DNA of 64,000 nucleotides from a plasmid: NCBI RefSeq assembly GCF_053078305.1, contig NZ_CP166875.1; one strand, 5' to 3'. Shown piece by piece: positions 50,603 to 61,566 of this stretch (position 1 is its first letter; each line of letters starts with the position of its first letter). The notes under the pieces were generated by a model. It saw only the letters and a program-made list of their open reading frames with translations, ran no database searches and was not told where the DNA came from. The position numbers and the translations under genes were made by a program.

Positions 50603-52561
50603 ATGTCAGTAACAAAGTCTGAACCAAAATCTACCCGTAAAGCAAGCCGTAAACTTGCAAAAACGCAGGAAACTGTCCTGTCTGCCCTGCTGGCGCAGAC
50701 GGAGGAAGTGAGCGTGCCGCTGGCCTCACTGATTAAATCACCGCTGAATGTGCGCACGGTGCCGTATTCTGCGGAGTCCGTCAGTGAACTGGCTGATTCC
50801 ATTAAGGGAGTCGGCCTGCTGCAGAATCTGGTCGTGCATACCCTGCCTGGTGACCGTTACGGTGTCGCCGCAGGTGGTCGCCGACTGGCAGCACTCAACA
50901 TGCTGGCAGAGCGTGGCATCATTCCGGCTGACTGGCCTGTCTGTGTGAAGGTCATTCCGCAGGAACTGGCGACTGCCGCATCAATGACTGAAAACGGTCA
51001 TCGTCGGGATATGCACCCTGCCGAACAGATTGCCGGATTCCGTGCAATGGCGCAGGAAGGCAAAACACCTGCACAAATCGGTGATTTGCTGGGCTATTCA
51101 CCCCGCCACGTTCAGCGAATGCTGAAACTGGCAGACCTTGCACCTGTCATCCTTGATGCGCTGGCAGAAGACCGCATCACCACAGAGCACTGTCAGGCGC
51201 TGGCGCTGGAGAACGACACCGCGCGTCAGGTGCAGGTGTTTGAAGCAGCCTGCCAGTCGGGATGGGGTGGTAAACCGGATGTGCGGGTTATCCGCAACCT
51301 GATTACGGAAAGTGAAGTGGCGGTGGCGGGGAACAGTAAATTCCGCTTCGTGGGGGCTGATGCCTTCTCGCCAGACGAACTGCGCACCGATTTGTTCAGC
51401 GATGACGGGGACGGTTATGTCGACCGCGTGGCGCTCGATGCCGCCCTGCTGGAAAAACTCCAGGCTGTCGCTGAACACCTTCGGGAAGCCGAAGGCTGGG
51501 AATGGTGCGCCGGACGTATGGAGCCTGTCGGTTCCTGCCGTGAGGATGCCGGAACATACCGCAGCCTGCCGGAGCCGGAAGCGGTGCTGACGGAAGCTGA
51601 AGAAGAACGCCTGAACGAACTGATGACGCGCTACGACGCGCTGGAAAACCAGTGTGAGGAATCTGATCTGCTGGAAGCAGAAATGAAGCTGATGCGCTGC
51701 ATGGCGAAGGTCAGGGCGTGGACGCCGGAGATGCGTGCCGGAAGCGGTGTGGTGGTGTCCTGGCGTTATGGCAACGTGTGTGTCCAGCGTGGTGTGCAGT
51801 TGCGCAGCGAGGATGACGCGGCTGCCGACGCTGACCGCACGGAACAGGTGCAGGAGAAAGCGTCAGTGGAGGAAATCAGTCTGCCACTGCTGACGAAAAT
51901 GTCTTCCGAACGCACGCTGGCAGTCCAGGCGGCACTCATGCAGCAACCGGACAAATCTCTGGCACTGCTGGCATGGACGCTCTGCCTGAATGTGTTTGGC
52001 AGCGGAGCGTACAGTAAACCAGCACAAATCAGCCTGGAATGTAAACATTATTCGCTGACCAGCGATGCGCCATCGGGGAAGGACGGTGCCGCATTCATGG
52101 CGATGATGGCAGAAAAAGCCCGTCTTGCTGCCCTGTTACCGGAGGGATGGGCACGGGACATGACGACGTTCCTGTCACTCAGCCAGGACGTGCTGTTATC
52201 ACTGCTCAGTTTCTGCACCGCGTGCAGCATCCACGGCGTTCAGACCCGCGAGTATGGTCACACGTCACGCAGTCCGCTGGACTCGCTGGAGAGCGCCATC
52301 GGCTTTCACATGCGTGACTGGTGGCAGCCGACAAAAGCAAACTTCTTCGGTCACCTGAAAAAGCCGCAGATTATCGATGCCCTGAATGATGCCGGACTGT
52401 CCGGTGCCGCACGGGACGCGGAGAAGATGAAGAAAGGCGATGCCGCTGAACATGCAGAGTTCCACATGAAAGACAACCGCTGGGTGCCTGGCTGGATGGG
52501 TTCACCACGTCCACAGACGGATGCCACTGAACGCGCCGATAACCTGGCTGATGCCGCCTGA
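50603..52561 (+). CDS. ParB-like nuclease-domain protein (652 aa)
   Basis: N-terminal ParB/Srx-like region (LQNLVVHTLPGDRYGVAAGGRRLAAL) in the typical position between ssb and psiB. Confidence 0.75.
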   Translation: MSVTKSEPKSTRKASRKLAKTQETVLSALLAQTEEVSVPLASLIKSPLNVRTVPYSAESVSELADSIKGVGLLQNLVVHTLPGDRYGVAAGGRRLAALNMLAERGIIPADWPVCVKVIPQELATAASMTENGHRRDMHPAEQIAGFRAMAQEGKTPAQIGDLLGYSPRHVQRMLKLADLAPVILDALAEDRITTEHCQALALENDTARQVQVFEAACQSGWGGKPDVRVIRNLITESEVAVAGNSKFRFVGADAFSPDELRTDLFSDDGDGYVDRVALDAALLEKLQAVAEHLREAEGWEWCAGRMEPVGSCREDAGTYRSLPEPEAVLTEAEEERLNELMTRYDALENQCEESDLLEAEMKLMRCMAKVRAWTPEMRAGSGVVVSWRYGNVCVQRGVQLRSEDDAAADADRTEQVQEKASVEEISLPLLTKMSSERTLAVQAALMQQPDKSLALLAWTLCLNVFGSGAYSKPAQISLECKHYSLTSDAPSGKDGAAFMAMMAEKARLAALLPEGWARDMTTFLSLSQDVLLSLLSFCTACSIHGVQTREYGHTSRSPLDSLESAIGFHMRDWWQPTKANFFGHLKKPQIIDALNDAGLSGAARDAEKMKKGDAAEHAEFHMKDNRWVPGWMGSPRPQTDATERADNLADAA

Positions 52562-52615
52562 TGAACAACCACACCGCCCCGCCGGAGACGGGGCGGCAGC
52601 AAGGGAGATACCGTG

Positions 52616-53050
52616 ATGAAAACTGAACTGACCCTGAATGTATTACAGACCATGAGCGCACAGGAATATGAAGATATCCGGGCTGCCGGAAGTGATGAAC
52701 GCCGTGAGCTGACACACGCCGTGATGCGGGAACTGGATGCGCCGGACAACTGGACGATGAATGGCGAGTACGGCAGCGAGTTCGGCGGCTTTTTCCCCGT
52801 CCAGGTCCGTTTCACGCCTGCCCACGAACGTTTTCACCTGGCGTTATGTTCACCGGGCGATGTCTCTCAGGTCTGGGTGCTGGTTCTGGTGAATGCCGGT
52901 GGTGAGCCGTTTGCGGTGGTTCAGGTGCAGCGGCGGTTTGCACCGGAAGCTGTCAGCCATTCACTGGCACTGGCGGCATCACTGGATGAACAGGGATACA
53001 GCGTCAGTGACATCATCCATATCCTGATGGCGGAAGGAGGTCAGGCATGA
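52616..53050 (+). CDS. psiB: plasmid SOS inhibition protein B
   Basis: [40 protein letters not shown]..., matches recalled PsiB. Confidence 0.9.
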   Translation: MKTELTLNVLQTMSAQEYEDIRAAGSDERRELTHAVMRELDAPDNWTMNGEYGSEFGGFFPVQVRFTPAHERFHLALCSPGDVSQVWVLVLVNAGGEPFAVVQVQRRFAPEAVSHSLALAASLDEQGYSVSDIIHILMAEGGQA

Positions 53051-53766
53051 GCGCACGTTCACAGGCACTGGTTCCTCTCAGCACAGAGCAACAGGCCGCA
53101 TGGCGGGCGGTGGCGGAGACAGAAAAACGCCGCCACCAGGGTAACACGCTGGCGGAATATCCGTATGCGGGGGCGTTTTTCCGCTGTCTGAACGGAAGCC
53201 GCAGGATTTCGCTGTCTGACCTGCGATTTTTCATGCCGTCCCTGACCGCAGAAGAACTGCGCGGCAACCGTTCTCAGTGGCTGTATGCCGTCGATGTGCT
53301 GATTGAAACACAGGGCGAGGTCTGCCTCCTTCCCCTTCCCGGTGATGCAGCAGAGCGGTTGTTCCCGTCGGTGCGGTTCCGTGTCAGGGAACGCAGTCGC
53401 CATAAATCCGTGCTGGTCATGCAGAAGTACAGCCGCCAGCAGGCACGGGAGGCAGAGCAGAAAGCCCGTGCGTACCAGACGCTGGTCGCTCAGGCTGAAA
53501 TCGAACTGGCGTTCCATTCACCGGAAACAGTCGGAAGCTGGTATGCACGCTGGAGTGACCGGGTGGCAGAGCATGACCTGGAAACCCTGTTCTGGCAGTG
53601 GGGTGAGCGTTTTCCGTCACTGGCCGGGATGGAACGCTGGCAGTGGCAGGATATGCCATTCTGGCAGGTCATCGCAGAGGCAGGTATGGCAGCAAGGGAG
53701 GCGGGTCACGCTGTCCGTGAGATGGAGCGGTGGATGGTGCCGAACAAACTCCGGGAGGCGGCGTGA
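53047..53766 (+). CDS. psiA: plasmid SOS inhibition protein A
   Basis: 239 aa, ATGA-coupled to psiB. Confidence 0.85.
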   Translation: MSARSQALVPLSTEQQAAWRAVAETEKRRHQGNTLAEYPYAGAFFRCLNGSRRISLSDLRFFMPSLTAEELRGNRSQWLYAVDVLIETQGEVCLLPLPGDAAERLFPSVRFRVRERSRHKSVLVMQKYSRQQAREAEQKARAYQTLVAQAEIELAFHSPETVGSWYARWSDRVAEHDLETLFWQWGERFPSLAGMERWQWQDMPFWQVIAEAGMAAREAGHAVREMERWMVPNKLREAA

Positions 53767-54284
53767 AGTGGCGTTACTCATTGCGCTGGAAACTGCCTTC
53801 TCCCTGTCCTGGCGAGCATGAACTGGTTTCAGAAGTGGTGGAGGCGGGGCAGCCTGCACCGGCATCCGTTATGTCACGCTGGGTTGCCGGAGCAGGGTAT
53901 GCGGTCTGTCTGGATTTTATTTCTGACCGCCCGGTGCGCCGCTGGAGCGAAGAACGTAAGGCTGCGGTACGGCGGCGGAATCTGGAGAAACGTATCAACA
54001 GGCATGCACCACTGTTTGCGGATGAACTGATTGCCCGTGAACTGGCTGAACGACCGGATTATTTTCAGGGAAAGTGAGTGTGGTCAGTACGCAGGTATAT
54101 GGGCTATGATGTGCCCGGCGCTTGAGGCTTTCTGCCTCATGACGTGAAGGTGGTTTGTTATCCTGTCGTGTGGCAGAAGGACAAAAGCCCCGTAGTTAAT
54201 TTTTCATTAACCCACGAGGCCTCTGCATGTCTAGTCCACGTCAGTATGGCCTCTTACCGTGCAAATTGCAAGGAGGAGTAAACC

Positions 54285-54446
54285 ATGAAACTACCGGGAA
54301 ACGCCCTTATCTGGTGCGTATTAATCGTGTGCTGCACGTTGTTGATATTCACACTCCTGACCCGGAATCGCCTGTGCGAAGTCCGGCTGAAGGACGGATA
54401 CAGGGAAGTTACGGCAACAATGGCTTACGAATCCGGCGGTAAGTAG
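54285..54446 (+). CDS. hok: Hok/FlmA-family type I toxin
   Basis: [53 protein letters not shown]; overlapping mok-like frame 54227-54442. Confidence 0.85.
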   Translation: MKLPGNALIWCVLIVCCTLLIFTLLTRNRLCEVRLKDGYREVTATMAYESGGK

Positions 54447-54723
54447 CAACCTGGAGGCGGGCGCAGGCCCGCCTTTTCAGGGCTGATGCTGGTCTGACTG
54501 CACTGAAGCGCCTTTATAAAGGGGCTGCTGGTTCGCCGGTGGCCCCTTTCTCCTTGCTGGCATTGTAGCAGCATGAACAACCAGACTGTCAGGAAGGCCA
54601 CTTCCCTCCGGGAACGGGAATGAACGTGCGCCTGCGGCGCTCGTTCTTTTCCCCCGCCTTCTCTGTTTATGGCCAGTTGTCAGAAATGACATTACCTTTC
54701 CCGTGATTATTCTCTTTTTCTTC

Positions 54724-55333
54724 CTGCTCTGATTCTGACTACTGCAGTGTTGTCCTGTCTGCCGGGCGCACCTTCGGCTCCCGGCTGCCTGGCGGCATCC
54801 GGTCGTCAGGCCCGACTCCGACAGGCAGCTGCTGGCGCACCTGCCAGTCTCCGCCGAACCCGCTGGCGCGGTTTCGGGCTGCCGCTACGGTCCGATGCGT
54901 GAAAACCCCGGGCTTGCAGCGACCGTTCCGGTCGCGCCGCCTCTGTCGCGCCGTGGCCTGCGCTCCCGGCATCCCGGCAAAAAGACGCCGGGATGTAAGG
55001 CGCAACGCCGTTTCGCAAACCGCGCTTCACGTCGTTGCGGCGGGTCCCTGCCCGTTGTTCTGTCCGGTGCCATTCACCTGTTTAAGCCCCTGTCGCCGGG
55101 GGCTGATACAGCCACAACCTGCCGCACTGACTGTCCAGGGTAAATGAACAGCCCACAAAATTTTTTACCCAAAACCCGGTAAAAAATTTTGCGTTCTGCC
55201 CAGGACAGGTGCGTCAGGCCGTGGCAGTGATGCCCCATGCGGCGAAGGTTCTCAAACAGGTGATGGTGAATACCGGAGGGAACAAAAGGCAGGTCCCCGC
55301 AAAACGTCAAAACCGCGGCTCCCGAAACTCAAC
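54724..55333. repeat. GC-rich leading-region repeat (Frpo/ssi-like), copy 3
   Basis: Near-identical to 49081-49690; a truncated derivative lies at ~55710-55790. Confidence 0.85.
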
Positions 55334-55372
55334 AGATGATGGGGGCTGAAAACATCAGATACAGGAGGAAAC

Positions 55373-55675
55373 ATGAGCGCATTTTCTTTTAACACCGCTT
55401 ATCAGCCAACAGGCGATCAGCAGAAAGACGCAATCGCACAAATCGACATCATGCAGAATCGTGCTGTTCAGGCAAATCTTGCATACCAGAGCAGCCTGGA
55501 TGCGGAAACGCTATTGAAACAGTTATGGCAAATCAATGATGAACTGGGGGAACTGTTGGATAGCGTGGAAAATCACACGCCAGTTATCAGAAAAAAAGCC
55601 AGTGATTTGAGCGCACTGATGATGCTTTTCAGCCAACAGGCCGGTCAGCCTATGACTATGTTGTTGATTTGTTAA
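55373..55675 (+). CDS. hypothetical leading-region protein (100 aa)
   Basis: ORF directly downstream of repeat copy 3. Confidence 0.45.
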   Translation: MSAFSFNTAYQPTGDQQKDAIAQIDIMQNRAVQANLAYQSSLDAETLLKQLWQINDELGELLDSVENHTPVIRKKASDLSALMMLFSQQAGQPMTMLLIC

Positions 55676-55830
55676 TGATAATCAGGGGCAGGAAATTAAG
55701 CGAAAGATGCTCTGCCCCGGGTTTGCAGCGACCGGAACGGTCACTCCACCCTTGTCGCGCTGTGGCCTGCGGCGGCTCCCGAAACTCAACCGATGATGGG
55801 GGCTGAAAACCAGAGAGAGGAGAAAGCAGG

Positions 55831-56118
55831 ATGAGTACCCGAAATATCCACGTTAACACCGCGTCGTACACGCTTCTTGTTGCCGGGAAGAAAAAAAACA
55901 CCGGGGAAGAGTGGGACGTCCTGGAATTCAGCAGCCTGACTGAGCTGAAAAAATATCGCAAAAGCCACCCGGAAAAGATGGCCTTCAGCTATAGCTACGC
56001 GCTCAGCCGGGGTGTGGATACGCAGTTCCGCCATATCAACATTGCGGAAGCCGATCACTTCAAACAGTTCCTGCGTCAGATTAAGCGTACCGGCCTCGAT
56101 ATCCGGGCGATCTGCTGA
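55831..56118 (+). CDS. hypothetical leading-region protein (95 aa)
   Basis: ORF downstream of truncated repeat. Confidence 0.45.
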   Translation: MSTRNIHVNTASYTLLVAGKKKNTGEEWDVLEFSSLTELKKYRKSHPEKMAFSYSYALSRGVDTQFRHINIAEADHFKQFLRQIKRTGLDIRAIC

Positions 56119-56236
56119 CCGGATGTGATGAATATCCCTCCTGATTGTTGCAATCTTGTTAATGGAGACCGGGAGGGATGATATTAAGCGGAAAAATTTT
56201 TTATTAAATTTATTCTTTCATAAAGGAGTAGCTGTT

Positions 56237-57058
56237 ATGCGATTAGCTTCCCGTTTTGGTCGGTATAATTCCATTCGCCGTGAGCGTCCTTTAACGGATG
56301 ATGAATTAATGCAGTTTGTGCCTTCGGTATTTTCCGGTGATAAACATGAATCCCGGAGTGAGCGTTATACATATATTCCAACAATCAATATCATCAATAA
56401 GTTACGTGAAGAAGGTTTCCAGCCGTTCTTTGCATGTCAGAGTCGGGTTCGGGATTTGGGACGCCGCGAATACAGTAAACATATGTTACGTCTTCGCAGG
56501 GAAGGGCATATTAACGGGCAGGAAGTTCCTGAAATTATCCTGCTTAATTCACATGATGGTTCATCCAGTTATCAGATGATCCCCGGAATTTTTCGTTTTG
56601 TCTGCACAAATGGTCTGGTGTGCGGAAATAATTTTGGCGAAATCCGCGTTCCACATAAAGGCGATATTGTCGGGCAGGTTATTGAGGGAGCGTATGAAGT
56701 GCTCGGTGTCTTTGATAAGGTCACTGAAAATATGGAGGCGATGAAAGAAATACATCTTAACAGTGACGAGCAACATTTATTTGGCAGAGCTGCACTGATG
56801 GTCAGGTATGAAGATGAAAATAAAACACCAGTGACGCCTGAACAAATAATTACTCCCCGTCGTTTGGAGGATAAACAGAACGATCTCTGGACAACCTGGC
56901 AGCGGGTTCAGGAGAATATGATAAAAGGTGGACTGTCGGGGCGAAGTGCCTCCGGTAAAAATACCAGGACAAGAGGCATTACGGGTATTGATGGTGATAT
57001 CCGAATCAACAAAGCATTATGGATGATTGCCGAACAGTTCAGGGAGTGGAAGTCATGA
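56237..57058 (+). CDS. conserved leading-region protein (DUF932-like, tentative)
   Basis: Start taken at MRLASRFGRYNSIRRERPLTDDELMQF with AAAGGAG upstream. Confidence 0.5.
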   Translation: MRLASRFGRYNSIRRERPLTDDELMQFVPSVFSGDKHESRSERYTYIPTINIINKLREEGFQPFFACQSRVRDLGRREYSKHMLRLRREGHINGQEVPEIILLNSHDGSSSYQMIPGIFRFVCTNGLVCGNNFGEIRVPHKGDIVGQVIEGAYEVLGVFDKVTENMEAMKEIHLNSDEQHLFGRAALMVRYEDENKTPVTPEQIITPRRLEDKQNDLWTTWQRVQENMIKGGLSGRSASGKNTRTRGITGIDGDIRINKALWMIAEQFREWKS

Positions 57059-57355
57059 TAATATAAGTAAAGCCCCGAAAATTTTTTCGGGGCTTTACTT
57101 ATATTATCATTATGCGGCATTGATATGTCGTCTGAGATGCCTCAATTTCATCAACTGGCTTTTCGGTAGTCTGTAAATATTGTGCCCGCGAAAAATGGTC
57201 TGGCAGGAGGCTGCGCAGTTACCGGATATATATAAGATGGGTTCCCGCTTTGCGGGGCTTCGGCCAGTCAGCATTATCACTCATATGATATTTTTGTGTG
57301 TGGCCTTCCATGCCGCGTTTGCGGCATAACCGGTTTTTTTAAAATGTATATCAAA

Positions 57356-57865
57356 TTAATTCTTCTGCGAGCTGTTCATTTTTGAAAGCGGTTTTTCAGA
57401 TGCACGAAGCTGGATCCCCTTGCTGTTTTTTATCCCGCTGTAAATCCGGTAAACATCTGATGCATAGGCAAGACGCCGCTGGTTCTGACGTTCGGTTTTC
57501 CTGAATCCTGCGTTGTATGCACCAACAGCCTCCCAGGAGACTCCCCATTTTTTAAAGGCTATAGCCAGATAATAAGCACCGGTATAAATGTTCAGACAGG
57601 GATCTGCTGTCAGATGTTCCGGTTTAATTCCGTAGCGGGCCAGTTCGTTAAAATGCTGGGAATCTACCTGCATAAGTCCACTGCCATATCCCGTAACCGG
57701 ATTAATACCGATGGCATTAACCCGGTTACGGGATTCTTTCCATGATATTGCTCTCAGCAAGTCAGGGTCAATTTTATAATCTCTGCCAGCCAGATCAAAG
57801 CAATCACCAGCCTTGCAGGTCACATTTATAAACATCAGGCAGATCGTCAGAAGCCATTTTCTCAT
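57356..57865 (-). CDS. lytic transglycosylase (F gene X / orf169-like)
   Basis: 169 aa [21 protein letters not shown]...[15 protein letters not shown]...AGAYYL; adjacent to oriT. Confidence 0.85.
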   Translation of the reverse strand: MRKWLLTICLMFINVTCKAGDCFDLAGRDYKIDPDLLRAISWKESRNRVNAIGINPVTGYGSGLMQVDSQHFNELARYGIKPEHLTADPCLNIYTGAYYLAIAFKKWGVSWEAVGAYNAGFRKTERQNQRRLAYASDVYRIYSGIKNSKGIQLRASEKPLSKMNSSQKN

Positions 57866-57889
57866 TTTCTCACCTCTGGTGACGTCATC

Positions 57890-58270
57890 AGGAAATAATT
57901 TAACCCACTCCACAAAAAGGCTCAACAGGTTGGTGGTTCTCACCACCAAAAGCACCACACACTACGCAAAAACAAGTTTTTGCTGATTTTCGTTTAATAT
58001 CATTGAGTTGTATTTGCGGATTTATATTGTTTAAATCTGATTTATTTAAAACAGCGTCGTTAACGCCGCTACAGCAACGCGCAGACACCGCTTTTTAGGG
58101 GTGGTACTGACTATTTTTATAAAAAACATTATTTTATATTAGGGGTGCTGCTAGCGGCGCGGTGTATTTTTTTATAGGATACCGCCAGGGGCGCTGCTAG
58201 CGGTGCGTCCCTGTTTGCATTATGAACTCTGGTGTTTCTAAATTAACTTTATTTTATGTTCAAAAAAGGT
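57890..58270. promoter_or_regulatory. oriT: oriT region (F-like nic site and TraM binding sites)
   Basis: Reverse complement contains GGTGTGGTGCTTTTGGTGGTGAGAACCACCAACCTGTTGAGCC, matching recalled F oriT; lies between gene X and traM. Confidence 0.7.
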
Positions 58271-58278
58271 AATTTCTA

Positions 58279-58662
58279 ATGGCTAAGGTGAACCTGTATA
58301 TCAGCAATGATGCTTATGAAAAAATAAATGCGATTATTGAGAAGCGTCGACAGGAAGGGGCAAGAGAAAAAGATGTCAGTTTTTCAGCAACAGCTTCAAT
58401 GCTTCTTGAACTGGGGCTTCGTGTATATGAAGCTCAGATGGAGCGTAAAGAGTCCGCGTTTAATCAGATTGAGTTTAATAAATTACTTCTTGAATGCGTT
58501 GTAAAAACACAATCATCAGTAGCGAAAATTTTGGGTATTGAGTCTCTCAGTCCTCATGTTTCCGGGAATCCAAAGTTTGAATATGCCAATATGGTTGAAG
58601 ATATCCGGGAGAAGGTGTCATCTGAGATGGAACGATTTTTTCCAAAAAATGATGAGGAATAA
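58279..58662 (+). CDS. traM: relaxosome protein TraM
   Basis: 127 aa MAKVNLYISNDAYEKINAIIEKRRQEGAREKDVSFSATASMLLELGLRVYEAQ. Confidence 0.92.
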   Translation: MAKVNLYISNDAYEKINAIIEKRRQEGAREKDVSFSATASMLLELGLRVYEAQMERKESAFNQIEFNKLLLECVVKTQSSVAKILGIESLSPHVSGNPKFEYANMVEDIREKVSSEMERFFPKNDEE

Positions 58663-58779
58663 AAAAGAATTAAAAGTTGATTTTATTCAAATAACAGAAT
58701 ATTGATCTAGTTCTATTTGATGACAATTAACCACATAACGAGTATATTAATTATGTGGTTAATGCCACGTTAAAATTTG

Positions 58780-58858
58780 AACTTGAAAATCGCCGATGCA
58801 GGGAGGGACTAGCTCCCTGCATCGACTGTCCATAGAATCCTTTGAGGAGGTTCCTATG
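58780..58858 (-). ncRNA. finP: FinP-type antisense RNA against the traJ leader (approximate)
   Basis: Perfect stem-loop CGATGCAGGGAGGGACTAGCTCCCTGCATCG in the traJ 5' UTR. Confidence 0.4.
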
Positions 58859-59026
58859 TGTGCGATGGATACTAGAGAAAGAGCACTCATACGTCAATCA
58901 GGCCTGCCGGAAATTATTTTATCCGCAAAATATCCAGTCTGTGTCCGCACAGAGTCAGGAAAATTCATAGACTCAAACTCTGTTTTTTTACACTCAATAA
59001 AGTGTCAGAATTGTGATTCTGAAATA
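58856..59026 (+). pseudogene. traJ: traJ 5' fragment (57 codons) truncated by IS66-family insertion
   Basis: MCAMDTRERALIRQSGLPEIILSAKYPVCVRTESGKFIDSNSVF...; frame continues at 61567. Confidence 0.75.
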
Positions 59027-59056
59027 GTAAGCGTCAACGGAGCACCGTATTGACGC

Positions 59057-60670
59057 TTATTTATTGGTGAGTACTACGTTCCATGGCAGGAGTTCATCAA
59101 CTCGGTTGGAAGGCCATTCTGGCAGTACGCTCAGGATATGGCGCAGATACGCTTCCGGATCGATACCGTTCAGACGGCAGGTGCCGATCAGCCCGTACAA
59201 CAGTGCTCCACGCTCGCCGCCGTGATCGCTGCCAAAGAACATAAAGTTTTTCTTTCCGAGACAGACTGCACGAAGCGCTCTTTCCGCAGCATTATTATCC
59301 GCCTCCGCCAGACCGTCATCACTGTAATAACAGAGGGCATCCCACTGATTCAGTACATAGCTGAACGCTTCGCCCAGTCTGGATTTTTTCGACAGCGTAC
59401 CATTCTTCTCCACCATCCATTCATGCAGTGACGTCAGTAACACTTTGCTTCGCTGCTGCCTGACGGCAAGACGCTCTGACTCCGGTAATCCCCGTATTTC
59501 ATCCTCGATGGCGTACAGTTCACTGATTCGCTTCAGGGCTTCTTCTGCCGTCGCACTTTTGCTGCTGATGTATACATCGTGGATTTTTCGCCGGGCATGG
59601 GCCCAGCACGCAACTTCTGTCAGTGCACCACCTTCACGTTCTGCACTGAACAGCCGATCGTAACCGCTGAACGCATCCGCCTGCAGGATACCCCGGAAGG
59701 GACGAAGGTGTTGTACCGGATGTTTTCCCTGCCTGTCTGGTGAGTAGGCGAACCAGACCGCCGGTGGCTCTGATGAGCCCGCATTCCGGTCATCCCGGAC
59801 ATACGTCCAGATGCGTCCTGTTTTTGCCTTTTTTCTGCCCGCTGCCAGCACTTTTACTGGTGTGTCGTCAGTGTGAACCTTGCGGGTGTTCATCACGTAA
59901 CGGTACAGGGTATCATTCAGCAGAGTCATTAACTGACAACATGCGTCAACCCAGTTGGAGAGTAATGCCCGGCTCAGTTCGATGCCCTGGCGGGCAAAGA
60001 TTTCACTCTGACGATACAGTGGCAGGTGTTCGCAGTATTTTCCCGTTAACACGCGGGCAAGTAATCCGGAGCCCGCGATGCCGCGCTCTATCGGGCGGGA
60101 CGGCGCTGGCGCTTCAACTATACAGTCACATTTTGTACAGGCTTTTTTTACCCGAACAGTGCGGATCACTTTCAGGGCGCTACTCACCAGTTCCAGCTGC
60201 TCAGCACTGACTTCCCCCAGATAATCCAGCTCACTGCCACACTCCGGGCAACAACTTTCTTCAGGCTCCAGACGGTGTATTTCACGGGGAAGATGTGCCG
60301 GTAACGGACGACGATGACGTGACTGTCGCAACTGGCGGGGAACCTGCGGGTCATCCTCACGCCCACTGTAACGATCGCTTTCCTGTTCGCGTTGTTTCAG
60401 TTGGGCCTCAGCCTGTTCAACCTCACGCTGCAGTTTTTCAGAACGGGTACCGAACAACATCCGGCGCAGTTTTTCTATCTGGGCCCTCAGATGTTCTATT
60501 TCCCGCTCCTCCTCTTCGATCTTTTCCTCGGCACGTGCCAGTGCAGAGCGCAGGAAGGCCTCCGTCTCTTCAACCAGACTCAGTTGCTGATCTTTCTGAC
60601 GGAGGGCTTCAGCCTGCTCAGAGAGCAGCCTTTCCAGCTCAGTGATACGAATGAGGTATTTCCGACTCAT
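59057..60670 (-). CDS. tnpC: IS66-family transposase (TnpC/orf3)
   Basis: 537 aa with N-terminal coiled coil and Cys-rich zinc-finger-like segment. Confidence 0.85.
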   Translation of the reverse strand: MSRKYLIRITELERLLSEQAEALRQKDQQLSLVEETEAFLRSALARAEEKIEEEEREIEHLRAQIEKLRRMLFGTRSEKLQREVEQAEAQLKQREQESDRYSGREDDPQVPRQLRQSRHRRPLPAHLPREIHRLEPEESCCPECGSELDYLGEVSAEQLELVSSALKVIRTVRVKKACTKCDCIVEAPAPSRPIERGIAGSGLLARVLTGKYCEHLPLYRQSEIFARQGIELSRALLSNWVDACCQLMTLLNDTLYRYVMNTRKVHTDDTPVKVLAAGRKKAKTGRIWTYVRDDRNAGSSEPPAVWFAYSPDRQGKHPVQHLRPFRGILQADAFSGYDRLFSAEREGGALTEVACWAHARRKIHDVYISSKSATAEEALKRISELYAIEDEIRGLPESERLAVRQQRSKVLLTSLHEWMVEKNGTLSKKSRLGEAFSYVLNQWDALCYYSDDGLAEADNNAAERALRAVCLGKKNFMFFGSDHGGERGALLYGLIGTCRLNGIDPEAYLRHILSVLPEWPSNRVDELLPWNVVLTNK

Positions 60671-60700
60671 GACCGTTTTTATAATCCGGCCATGACATTT

Positions 60701-61051
60701 TTACAACATTGTCAGTGCATTAAGGCGGGATGTTTTGGGCTGACGCCAGTCCAGTTTATCGAGGAGCATTGCCAGCTGCGAGCGGGTAATGGATACCTTA
60801 CCGTCACGCACCGCAGGCCAGATAAACTGGCCTTCCTCCAGACGTTTGGTGAACAGGCACAGACCATCAGCATCAGCCCACAGAATTTTAATCGTGTCAC
60901 CCCGTCGGCCGCGAAAGATAAACAGGTGACCGGAGAAGGGGTTCTCATCCAGCACATGTTGTACCTGTTCTCCCAGACCGTTGAAGGATTTACGCATATC
61001 AGTAACGCCGGCAACCAGCCAGATTCGAGTGCCTGATGGGAGCGAGATCAT
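60701..61051 (-). CDS. tnpB: IS66-family accessory protein TnpB (orf2)
   Basis: 116 aa MISLPSGTRIWLVAGVTDMRKSFNGL... Confidence 0.85.
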   Translation of the reverse strand: MISLPSGTRIWLVAGVTDMRKSFNGLGEQVQHVLDENPFSGHLFIFRGRRGDTIKILWADADGLCLFTKRLEEGQFIWPAVRDGKVSITRSQLAMLLDKLDWRQPKTSRLNALTML

Positions 61052-61473
61052 CGTCCCCTCCCGGTCAGTTCACGGATCAACACCGTGAGCAGCTCTGGTG
61101 AAGGATTTTCCAGCGTCATGTTACCGTGGCGGAACTCAACTTTACAGGAACTGGCACTGACTGTGCTTTGTGAAGGAGTGGATAAAAGCGGAGTAAGAGC
61201 CGCCACAGGCTCTTTCTGCTCATCAGGCGTTATCTCAACAGGTAATAATTCAACGCCAGCGCCAGAAGAGGTTGTTACCGGAAGACGCCGCGATATACGC
61301 CCTTCGTTCTGCCAGAGCCTGAGCCATTTGAACAGGAGGTTATCATTGATATCGTGTTCCCGGGCAATACGGGCAACAGAGGCTCCTGGTTGTGAAGCCA
61401 GTTTAACCATTTGAAGTTTAAACTCATTTGAAAATGATCTGCGGGGTTCTGAGGATAATATTTTCTGTTCCAT
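61048..61473 (-). CDS. tnpA: IS66-family accessory protein TnpA (orf1)
   Basis: 141 aa, overlaps tnpB start by 4 nt. Confidence 0.8.
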   Translation of the reverse strand: MEQKILSSEPRRSFSNEFKLQMVKLASQPGASVARIAREHDINDNLLFKWLRLWQNEGRISRRLPVTTSSGAGVELLPVEITPDEQKEPVAALTPLLSTPSQSTVSASSCKVEFRHGNMTLENPSPELLTVLIRELTGRGR

Positions 61474-61566
61474 AACAGGTGTCCACTAGTTGAAAAGGTG
61501 GGCACCTACGTTACCAATACTGGCTTAATGGCTACATACGGCGGTCAGTTTACGCTTACCTGAAAT

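Larger units (their letters stand above)
59027..61558. mobile_element. IS66-family insertion sequence with 8-bp target duplication CTGAAATA
   Basis: Ends GTAAGCGTCAACGGAGCACC... and ...GGCGGTCAGTTTACGCTTAC; CTGAAATA at 59019-59026 and 61559-61566; three-ORF organisation. Confidence 0.88.
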
